Below are positions 1 through 11,200 of a DNA stretch of 64,000 nucleotides, piece by piece; within the stretch, counting starts at the first letter, position 1; each line of letters begins with the position of its first letter. The translations under genes and the position numbers were made by a program. The stretch lies in assembly GCA_013265495.1 (NCBI GenBank), contig MU061578.1, forward strand, positions 4,041,308 through 4,105,307. The letters run 5' to 3'. This DNA is from Vicugna vicugna. Lineage: Eukaryota. Under the pieces are notes generated by a model that searched no databases, had not been told where the DNA came from, and saw only the letters and a list, made by a program, of their open reading frames with translations.

Positions 1-745
1 GGCCCCCCACACCCTTCCGGTGACACCTGGTCAGTTGCATCAAGTCCTGTTTCAAGAGGCCACAAAGCTACCCCTGCCCCCAGCCCAGGGGTGCATGACA
101 GGGACCCTCATCAGAACCTCCAGCTCTGAGTCAGCCAGCCTGGCTTCTGGAGCCTTTGGCCTCTGCCCCACCCCCAGCCGCCTGGTGCCAAGTGTCAGAA
201 TCCCTGGACAGCATCCGACGAGTGGCATCAAATCAGACCCGCTCGGGAGAGGACTGCTCAGTTCTGACCACGTCTGCCACCAGGCTCAGCCAGACCCCAG
301 GAGCAGAGGCCAGAGCAGCAGGGAAGCTGAGTGGCTCTGAATGGCTGCATTCAAATCTAAGAATCAGCAGGGCAAGGAGACGAGATGGTGGCTCTCAGGA
401 CAGAGGGACCAACAGCTGGCAAGGGGGTTGTTGTCTTTTAAATGAAAGACACATTTACTGCACTTACTGGGAAAAATGGGATAGGAGTTGTGTGACTTCT
501 GAGGAAAGTCGAGAGCTGACAGAAGGGTGGTGACAGGGAAAAAAGATTATTCCAAGCCCTTCAGGGAGACAGCAGGGCAGGGGGCCCAGGGGCACACCCA
601 CCTCTGGCCTGCACAGGCCTCCTGCCCTCCTGGGGCTCCCTCTGGTGGCGCCCCTCCCTGGCCCTGCTTCTTCACCCTTCTTTGCAGCAAGTGCCTCTCA
701 CTCGCCGGACAGCCTCTTCCCAAGGTCCAGAAGGGCAGGGGCACT

Positions 746-1177
746 TGTGTTCCAGGGCCACCAAAACCAAGCACCATACGCCAGGCAGCTTCAAACAACA
801 CAAATCCACTCTTGCAGTCTGGAGCCAGAGGCTGAGGGCAGGGTGCACAGGACTGGGCTCCCTCTGAGGCTCCAGGAACCCTCCTTTCCTGCCTCTCCTG
901 CTTCTCGTGGTGCTGGCAATCGCTGGCTTGTGGACGCATCACCCCCACTTCTGCCTCTGTCCTCACATGGTATTCCCCCCCCATCTCTGTCCAAATTTCC
1001 TTCTTATAAGGACACCAGTCATACTGAATTAGGGCCCATCCTAATGACCTCACCTTTTACCTTGATTACATCTGCAAAGACTTGTTTCCAAGTAAGATCA
1101 CACTCCCAGGGACAAGGGGCTTAGGGCTGAGGCTTCTCTTTACCAGGGGAGGGGAGGACATAATTTAACTCTCAACA
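746..1177 (-). mobile_element. MLT1 (MaLR) solo LTR
   Basis: Typical CTTATAAGGACACCAGTCATACTGAATTAGGGCCCATCCTAATGACCTCA...CATCTGCAAAGAC block. Confidence 0.75.
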
Positions 1178-3479
1178 ATCGGGACCACCTAGACCCCCCT
1201 CCTCCTTATGCACCCATCCTCTCCAGGTTGTGCTCCGGTGCTTGAACGGTCACCTCTGCAGACCTAGGGCCCCAGAGCTCTCAGGACCTCTCCACAGATG
1301 GCCCTGTCTCCTGCTGTCAACTCAGCACAGAGGTGCATTCTCTGGCTCCCACCTGCTTCCCGGGACCTGACCAGAGGCCCTGCAGCCCCTCCCTCCAATC
1401 TGCACTTTGTCTACCCCCTCCTTTGTGCCATCCCCAGTTTCCATCTCACTCCTCCAACTGCTGCCCCAGGCCCTGTCCTCCAACCCTGAGCTGTGCCCCT
1501 AAACCCATCTGGTCAAACACAGCCCTCGACCCCCACCTGTCCCTCTTCCCTACTCTGCCCGGGGCCACCTCCTGGCCCTGTCATCCTCCTTGGGAACCTG
1601 GCAGCCCCTCCGTGCCTGGTCTTGTGTAACACTAACCTGCAGAGGCCCCAGACATCCCTCAGGAGAGGCCCAACTGCAGCATCAGCCCCTTATGAAACTC
1701 TGCCCTCAGGTGCCTCTCTTGACCTAGTGCCCCTGGGCCACGTGCTCAGCAGAAGCCCAGCAGGAGTGCTCAGCTCCTCCTCCCTCCCTCCATACCAGTC
1801 AAGGCCCCAGGCTCCGGCCATCTCTGCAAGCTGCCCCCTCACCCCGAGTCCCAAAAGTGACTTTACTGTGATGCCAACCCCTTCATGTCACGAGTCTTGC
1901 TTCCCAAAAAGAACACACCCCTCTGTGTGCTGGTCCATACTTCCCAGCAGGACCTTGCCCCACCCTGCCCCCAGCAGCCTTCCCACCCCAGCAATGGCTC
2001 CTCTTTTGTCCTCAAGCCACAAAACTGCTATGGGCTACAGCCTGGTGCAGCTTCCATTAGTCCCACTAGTCCTGAGAAAACTCCTGCTCAGCCTCCAAAA
2101 TCCTTCTCAGAATGGCTCGCTGCCCCATTTCTGCATGACACTCAGACTGTGAGGTCCAGCAGGGACCCGGACCACCGCTGGCCAACGTGCAGACTCACAC
2201 ACTAGAGCCAGCACCCTGACCTGACCAATGCACACCTCCCCTGCCACCACCTCTCCACGCTCCCTAGGCTGGCCTAGCCCATCTCCTCTGCCTGGGGTCC
2301 CAAGCTCCTGTCCTGGACATGCTGGTCAGCCGGGCCTCTGCACCTGGGGTGGTGGGATCAGGTGAGAGGTGGTCTGCTCAAAGCAGACAGAGGTCCAGAG
2401 ATACTTTTTGAATAACAAAGTCACATAAAAAATTAAGGGATGGATAGATGGCCAGAAACAAACTGAGGACAGGAGCCTTTTCTCACTTTGAAGTTATTCT
2501 GTCCCACTCCCCCACCCCCACCCCATGACTCAGCATAAAGGGGCACCCCTGTTGCCCTGCCCCTCTCCTCCCAGGTGCACAGCAGGCACAACAGGGCCCA
2601 ACCGTCACCTGACAAACCACAGCCTGTGTTCAGCCTGCAGGGCGGTCACAGCTGCTCCCAGGAGGTGTCCTGGCCCACTTTTTCTCCAGCACTATTTCTC
2701 TTGTCCTACTACACCCCTCACTGTACCCGAGGTCAGACCCAGGTCTTCTGAGATGTTCTCCTAATGGAAGAACTGACTTTTAACACTCAAAATTGACGTG
2801 AACTGAGTTACATAAACTGTGCCACCTGACCCAGAACTCGCCTTGCCAAAATACCAGGAACTGCCCAGATGTTAATGAGAAATTAGTTAAAAGCTGCTGA
2901 GTAATGGCCCTGGCAAAGCTCTGTTCCTGACATGACACAGCACATTCAAGAGGTGCCTAGGTCTCCCGGGATCAGGAGACACAGGAGGACAACACACACA
3001 CAGCACAGAATCAGAGGCCAGAATGAGGAACTCCTGAAGTGGGGTGCTCCCCTGCACCCACCCTGGCCAGGATGCCCCCTGGCGGGCTGTCCTTCCCCGA
3101 ACCAGAGGATGGAGAAGCACCTGGCGAACCGGCTCACTACTAGTCAGAGCTTCCGACAGTGCAGGCGGCGATTCACAGCAAGATAAGGCAGGAACCCAGT
3201 CCTAACACGGGAGCAAGAGACCCACCTCCACTAGGTGATGCAGGCTTCCCTGGAGAAGCCCGCGGCTGGCCCCCACGCAGGGAACCTGCAGGCGCTTCTG
3301 TAGAGCAGGTTTCTAAAGAGGGGGTGTTCGCGTTCACCTCACTCTGCAACCCTTAAGATCCTGGTACCGATGCCTGGGTGTGCACCTGGCTCGGGGTGCG
3401 GGGAGCACAGGGAAGGTAGCGGGGTTGGGAGATGAGAGGGAGAAGCACCTCACCTGGGAGGAGTTGGCCCACCTGGAGC

Positions 3480-3960
3480 GGGGGGACGGAGAAGCCGCAC
3501 CTGGAGTAGGGATGCGCACGCCCCGTCTGCAGCTCCAGGGAACAACCCGCACCCTAACGATGCTGACTCACCGTCCGCCGCTGCGGCGGCCTCCGCCGCC
3601 GCCGCCGCCGCCGCCGCCGATTCAAACGCGCCCCGGGCCCCGCCCGCCCCGCGTCGGCCCCGCCCCCGCCATGCTCCGCCCCGCGCCGGGCCTGCCCCTG
3701 GTGACGCAAGCCCTAGCTTGACCGCCCCCGCCCGGAAACCGTAGACGGCCCCGCCCACGCCGCACCTGGCTGGGGCAGGGTGCGCAGGTACGCGTGTACG
3801 GGGCCCCGGGGCTCAGAGTCCTCCGAGCCCCGCCGCGTCCCCAAGGCTCCGTGTGGGAGCCCTGGCAGGGCGCGCCACCTCCCATCACCAGCACCTGCCC
3901 CTCCGTGCGCTGGGAGGCGGCGGGGTAGGGGCTGCTTCGTTCAGGGAAAGTAGAGGTCTC
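3480..3960 (-). promoter_or_regulatory. Intragenic CpG island in UNKL intron 10; candidate internal promoter and non-coding first exon ending at 3572
   Basis: High CpG density, GC boxes, TTTGAA (3621-3626, minus), (CGG)9, donor ACG|GTGAGT at 3571. Confidence 0.7.
3593..3619. repeat. (CCG)9 trinucleotide repeat
   Basis: Nine uninterrupted CCG units. Confidence 0.95.
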
Positions 3961-5084
3961 CGCACAGAAGCTCAGAGCCCAGCACCGGCCGACTGCTCCT
4001 ACCCTGCCCACCTGCAGCGGCTCCGGCCAAACCCCACTCAGGTAAAACCTCGATCAACCCAACGCCATGCGGGTCAGGCTGTGACCCCTGCCCCCAGAGG
4101 TCACCTAGAGTCAGCTGCCCACAGGCCCGGGGCCAGTGCCTTCTGCCTCCACAGCTGATCTAGCCTCACCGCCCTTTGCTGCCAGCCACACCCGCAATGA
4201 GCTCCAGAGGTTCGAACCTGTCTGTATGAAGTGGACGGCAGTGGCCCTGAAATGACTCCATGAATCCATTAAATACAAAATGTCTGGAAATAGCACCTGT
4301 TTGTTTTTGAGTTACCCTTTCTATTCATGCAGTGTGTTAGCAAGGATACAACCTGAATGAAACTACAAGGAAAAACAATCCGGTCTACACCTGTTAGCCC
4401 AAAGCTGGTGGTATGCACTCTGGGTCGGTGTCCCAGCAGTAGAAAGCCCAGCAAGGGCCCGCCTCCTGGGGCCAGAGGGCAGTTCTGAGGATTCCGTTAC
4501 TTCCCACAACTGGGGCTAGTGTTACTGGTGCAGCCAGGTGTCCACCAACTGTGGCCTGAGGGGACCCCAGCTGGCACCGCCCGGCCCACCAGCTCCACTC
4601 TTTCCTGCACTTTCACCACAGCCCCAACCTGGGCTCTGCACCCCAACCCAGGTCCAATCACATTGGTTATCAGTTCACAAACCCTCAAGGGCTCCCAGCA
4701 GCCAAGGCAGCTGGCAGCTGCGCTCACTGCCTTGTGACCTCATCCCCACTCCCCACCCTTGTCACTATCTCCCATCTTTGGGTGCCTTTGCTGCCCCTCC
4801 ATGACCCCTATATTTCATTTCTCTGAAGTCTCCTGTCTCCATGGCCCTGGGCTGGGTGACACTGCCTGCTCTGCCTTGCCTGATGGGGCCCATACAGCTG
4901 CCCCACCCAAGGGTTCTGCAACCCAAGGCTCCCAGCGAGGCAGGCGTTTCCACGTGCAATACAGCCAATTGGTAGATGACCGAAGCTGCTTTTCTACAAT
5001 AGGAGAGTCCCCAGTGTGAACTGGAAACTGTCCTGAGAAGTGCACAGAGGAGCTGGGGAAATGGAAGCAGAGCCCTGGACTTAC

Positions 5085-5262
5085 CTGGGACTGCCTCGAC
5101 AGCACTGCCAGTGGGGTCGAGCAGGTGGGAACGGGCCGAGAGGGCGGGCAGAGTGGTGGGCGAGGAGCCGCCTGAGCCAGTGCTGGATGCCAGGCTGGAT
5201 GCCACACTGGAACTCACGCTGGGGGCGAGCGGGTGAACCACGGCCAACACCGCCAGGTGGCT
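5085..5262 (-). CDS. UNKL: UNKL exon 10
   Basis: acacag|, SHLAVLAVVHPLAPSVSSSVASSLASSTGSGGSSP...AVEAVP, donor GTAAGT. Confidence 0.92.
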
Positions 5263-8200
5263 CTGTGTAAAGACACAAGAAGGTGAGCTAGCGGCCTGTT
5301 CAGGGACAGGAAAGTGACAACGCAGTGACAGAGGACCTGTGGGGGAACAGAAACTACAGAATCACGATGGATGGGCTGCCCAACTTCTATCCCCAAAACA
5401 AAACAAAGAACATCGACTATTTTTCCAAATACTCTAGAGGGGCCTTCAATATCTGGTTAGTTTCAACGACTGTGACAGCAGAATCAAGAGCTGTTGATCA
5501 CCCAGGGACGGGAACAAATGCATCTGGGAAGCGTCTCATCTAATGGACTGTTCTGCAGAAAATGATGTTCAAAAGCAGATGTGGCAGTAGAGAAAACACC
5601 CAGCACAGAAATGAGAAGAGTGCCAGCCCTGCTTCTGAAAACATCGATGAAATAATCCTACGACCCTGTCATCCAACAAAAGAAAAAGACCGGGGCAATT
5701 CATATTATCTTTATTTGAGAGAGAACAGATTATAAGAAAAAGAAGAGGCACAACCTTGGATAAACAGCCAGTAATGTGGAGGGCTCTGTGCACAGAAATA
5801 CACATGATAAAAATGGAGCAGGACAGAGCTACGAAGCCAGACCTCAGAGCTTTCCATACCATGACGGCCATGTCTGAAATGCACACTCCAAGGTCATCAG
5901 GAAATGGAGAGTCAGAAGCTATTTTAAAGTAAAATGGTATGATGTCTGGGTAATGCCTTGAAGTAATACAGGAAAAGCTAACCTTATGTGTAGAGGGGTT
6001 TGTAAGACCAGGTACAGGGGCTGGGGTTCCCCATGAAATTTCCAGAGTAAAAAGGAGTATCACTGTACAGTTTGTAGGAGAGCAACCTGGCACAGGATGG
6101 TTTCGCATTGTGCATTGTGCCCTGAGGTCCCCTTCTTGGCATTCACCATCTCCCCCTCAAAACTGGCTTTGCTCAAGAGAGGCCCCAGATGACAGCCCAG
6201 TGGTCCATGACTGCACAGAGACCCTGGAACTGGTTACCATTGTGTGTCTGAGGCTAAAATTTAAAAACAGCAACTCAAACAAGAGGTCCAGAGAGAAACG
6301 TCCCCCAGCTCTCCCTGGGCCCACCTACCTGCTCATCCACAACTGAGCTTTCCTGTCCCTCCAGCTGTGGTAAAGGTGACCACAGCCCACCCCACCTCCC
6401 TCCACAGGCGAGGCAGGAACAGCAGTAACCTACGCACGGCACTGCAGACACCGCACGTTAAACCCCACACGTGGAGACTGGCTGGGAGCCACCGGCCTGA
6501 GGCACTCGCTGGGACTTCACCCACCCAAAAACGTCACACTGTAGGAGCATGTGCCCCCTTGAAGACATCAGGTGATACTTTATCCTGAAAACTGATAACA
6601 ACATCCTGGTTGGTCCTTTCCCTGAGGCCACGATAGTTACAGACATACTAAGATGGGCAGAACCCACATGGGAACCCCATCACTGGGGGAGTCAGATGTG
6701 ACACAGTGAGATGCGGACCATGCCCCCTCCATATGATTTGTCTGCCTGGTTTCTTACTTTTTTTTTTCTTAAGGTTTAATCATTTATGGTTTCAATTTTT
6801 TTTGTACTTTTTCTTTTAATAGAGGTACTGAGGATGGAACCCAGGATCTCATGCATGCTAAGCATGTGCTCTATCACTGAGCTATACCCAACCCGCCTCT
6901 TTCTCTTTTATTGTGGTAAAATACACATAACATAACATATACCATTTTAACCATTTTTAAGCACACAGTCCAACAGCATTAAGCACATCCGCACTGTTGT
7001 CTCCAGAACTTTTTCATCTTCCCAAACTGAAACTTTATCCCACTAAATGCTCACCTCCCACCCCCTCCACCAGCCCCTGGCACCCACCCTTCCATCTTCT
7101 GTCTCTATGAATTTGACAGCTGCAGGGACCTCCTGTAAATGGGATCATACAGGATTTGTCTTTTCTGTCTAGCTTATTTCACTGAGCATTAATGTCTTTG
7201 CTTGGAACAAAGTGTTTGTATCGCCCCCAAAATATGAATGTTCCAGTCCTAAACTTTAATGTGACCATATCTGGAAATCAAACCATTAAGGAGGTGACCA
7301 GTGTGCTTCTAAGATAAGGAACAGACTCCAAGGATGCACAGGCACAGAGGGAAGGACGTGTGAGCAGAAAGCAAGACACCAGCCATCTGCAAGTTGGGAA
7401 GAGAGGATCTGCAGAAACCACACCTGTCTACGCTTTGATCCTGGGCTTCAAGCCTCTAAAATTGTGAGAAAATGAACTTCCAGGATTTTAGCCAGCCAGT
7501 TTGGTGCTCTGTTATGGCAGCCTGAGCTAACAGTCTTCGAGGTTGATGCACGTGTCAGGAGTTCCTTCCTTTATCGTGGCTGAATAATATTCCACTGGCT
7601 GGACAGACCACATGATGCTTCTGCCAATGGGCATGTGGGCTGTGCCCACCTTCTGGCTTTGTGAATAATGCAGCTGTGAACATGAGAGCATGACTACCTC
7701 TTTGAGATGCTTGCGATTTGCTTGAGTACATACCCAGAAGTGAAAGGTCTGAATTGTAAGGTGATTCTATTTTTAATTTTTCAAGGACCTGCCATACTGT
7801 TCTCCACAGCAGCTGCACCACTTTACATTCCCACTAGCAGCACACAACAGCTTCCATTTCTCTGCATTCCTGCCAGCTCCTGTTATTCTCTTTCTCCTTT
7901 TTTACTTTTAAATAGTAGCCATCCCCTAAAGGGTGTGAAACAGTACCTCCTAGTGGTTTTGGTTTACCTTGCCCCCATGACCTGTGATACTGGGCATCTT
8001 TTCCTATGTTTATGGGCTGTTTGTGTATCTTCTTTGGAGAAATGTCTACTCAGTTCCTTTGCCCATTTTTTAATCGGGTGGCTTGTTCTGCTGATGTTGA
8101 GTTGTAGGACTTCTAGGTTCTGAATATCAACCCCTTATCAGAGACGTAATTTGCAGAGATTGTCTCCCATCCTGTGAGCTGCCTTTTATTCTGTTGACAG

Positions 8201-11200
8201 TGTCCTCTGATGCACAGATTTTCAATTTCGATGAGGCCCAGTTTATCTATTTTCTCTTCCATTGCCTGTGCTTTTGGTGTCACATGCAAGAAAATCGTCA
8301 GTCCCAAGGTCAGGAGGCTTTCCCATCTGCCTGCTTTTGAGTAACAGGCTGGAGAAAAACTCCTCCCGACACGGAGAGACACACTCATGTGCTGGGTGGC
8401 TGTGGGGTGACCAAGGTGGCAGCTCTGAAAGCCTGAGTGTCTGCTGAGACACGAGTCCCTGAGATGTACTGCTCTTGTGAGAGCAAGCACCCCAGGCCTG
8501 ACACCATGGGCTGCCTCTCAGGGTGGGACAAGGTGAGTCTTGGAAGACTGGGGTCTGGGCACCGTGGACAGTGTCTGTGGTCTTGCAGCCTGGACTCTGC
8601 AGTGACAGTGGGGCCACAGCAGGGAAGCTGCTTTCCTCAGTATGTTCTAGCCGGGGCCACCAGGTGAGCAGGTGGCTTCAGAGGAAAGGGCTGCCCGAGA
8701 GGGAAGATGGAAACTGGGGAGTGGGCTGGAGGTAACTAGGGAACTTGATTGCCTCTGTTTATCAAAGAAAACTCCGCACACCCTGTGCTCTCCACTCTGA
8801 CGCAATGGCCGAAGACCCAGGAACAACAGCTGCTCGCCAGGGACACAAGGACACCAGGAACACAGGGACTGCAGCCAACGTGGAGGCAGACAAGGGGCCA
8901 GCACTCTCCTCTGGCCAGAGCGGATGGCGCATGTGGACTGCAGCCGACGTGGAGGCAGACAAGCAGCTGCTGAGCACCGTCTGCCCATAAAAGCCACTAG
9001 GCTGGCCTCAAAGCCACGGTGTCCCCTGGGCATCCCAGCCAGCCCTTCAAATGGACAGGGATCCTCAGAGGTTCCAGGGGAAATGTGGACACTGCTGACC
9101 TGGCTGAGGGGCCTTCTGAGCTGGTTTGCAACCCTACTCCCTGGGTGCTCACTGCCCCCAGAGCCAGGCTTTGGAATGAGATTGGGGGTGGCAGGGAGGG
9201 GGTCTCTGGGTGCAGGGAGAGCTGGCCTGTGGGTGAACTTGGCCAGTCGGCTCACAGCACCTGTTGGCTACATTCCCGTCAACATTTCACATTTCAGATT
9301 CTTAACGAACAACTTCTTGATTTCAGTCTCTTTAAAAAAAAAAACGTAACTGGGTTGCATTTCTACTTTCAGTTATCCTGCTGGTTTCAAAAGTGCGCTT
9401 TAGAAGCTCCTAATAGAAAAGAAAATGCCTCAATACCTTGCTCTGAAACATTGCCAGGGAAGTGCCCTCAGGGCAGCAAGAAAACCAGAAGAAAGGGAGC
9501 TGTGAGGCGCTATCCACTTGGGAATTTAAGATGAAGCTCAGAGCAGACACAAGTCACAAGCGCCAGGAGGGTGAGCACTCTGCCTGCCCCGGCATCTAAA
9601 GCTCTGCCTTTTCACAGTGTTGGGAAAACAAGCATCCTTGTGTCCTTAGGGCGGAGATGATCAGGAAAAAAAAAAATTGTTTCTCAAAACAACTCAGTTT
9701 AACAAGCACAAGGAAGCTGGGTGGAGTGGAACAGAGAGAATGGGCCCGACCAGGGGCTGCCTCAGGTGAGGGGCACGGCTGGAAGCCGCAAGCAGCCTCA
9801 CTGTGGAGGCGAGAGAACACACGGATCACCAGTTCCTCAGGTGTGAAACTGTCTCCAGGTGGTGACCCAGTTTTGGCTCCAGGAGGGGCCAAGCCAGGCT
9901 CACCTGGGACGCTGCCGTGGGCTCAGCTGAGTCCCCAGAACTCAGGTGTTGGGGTAAGGACCCCCAGCACCTCTAAATGGGACCTCACTTGGAGTCAGGG
10001 TCTTTACCCAGGGAATTAAGATGAGGTCGTAAGGGCGGCTCCTAATCAATATGACTGATGTCCTTAGAGAAAGGGGACCTTGGGAGACAAATACGGACAC
10101 AGGAGGAAGAGGATGGGGAGAGATGTGGAGGAGATGGCGCCCACAGGCTGAGGACAGAGGCCTCCAGAAGGAGCAAACCCCGCTGACACCCTGAGCTTGG
10201 CCTTCTGGCTCCAGACTGAATCAACGGCTATAGTTCAAGCCTCGATCTGTGGGGTTTTGTCACGGCCGCCTTGGGGCACTCACAGACAGGCAGGCCACCA
10301 AGGGCACCTCTCACTGCCCCCCAGAGAAAAGTTTAAGAGGTTTTGGTTTTGTTGTTTCCAAGGTATGACACATTTTTTTTAACATTAAAACAAAGAGCAC
10401 ATGGGGCCGATGACTTTAAGAATATAAGAACGTGGTTATTTTACAAAGGGATATTAGTCAGATCAGTGTGTGAGCAAGGGAGGGCTGTAATCAGCTGCGT
10501 GTGGAATGTCCTAACACAGGCAACACACCCAGGCCCAAAGATAACTCGAAATCTCACCCCAAGTGGTACCTGCTTACTGTCCTGCTCACTGGCTTTCTGG
10601 CTGCCTTCAGCCGGTGAATCCCTCCGCTTTGCCTGCAACAGAAAAAGCACTGGCTGTTAGAAGAAAAGAGCAGCTGACGGAGATATACCCGCAGGCCTAA
10701 GCTTTGCTCAGAATGCAGAAAACGCCGACTGAAATCTCACGAAACAGAAGAGGTTTTCCAGTCTTCTGCCTCTGTGTCCATCCTCCTGGATTCTGTTTCT
10801 TATACCTGACATGAAGCTCTGACCTCCTGAACGGTCTGTGTGAAGGCAGGCCAGAGCTCCCTCAACTCACAGTGTCGACAAACCCCAAACAAAGGAGGCA
10901 GGGCTGAGCCTCCAGAGCCGGGTCGTCTTGGACAGTCCGACACCTGAGGAAAAGCAGGATTTCTTGGAAGGCAATTCTTACCCTTCCCCTTTCTGCCTGG
11001 AGATAGGCTAAGAATTTCCCTTTGTAAAGGCGCTCCCCTTCTCTCCCCTCCCAAGAGGAAGGGAACAGCTTAACCACCAGAGAACTCTAACCACCTGGGT
11101 CAGACCCCAGGAAATGGAGCCTGTACAACAAACTCACTGGAATAACCCTCATTTTCCACTATCTTCCCCCATAGCTTTCCCTTCCCACAATTTAGCTTCC

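Noticed and set aside
5569..6108. 179-aa ORF in UNKL intron 9
   Set aside because: No recognisable homology; it overlaps sequence resembling an old L1 3' end.
7555..8490. ORFs resembling reverse-transcriptase element C-termini
   Set aside because: Decayed L1 ORF2 remnants broken by stops and frameshifts.
8866..8963. CRISPR-like repeat-spacer-repeat
   Set aside because: Only two units, no cas genes, and located in a mammalian intron.
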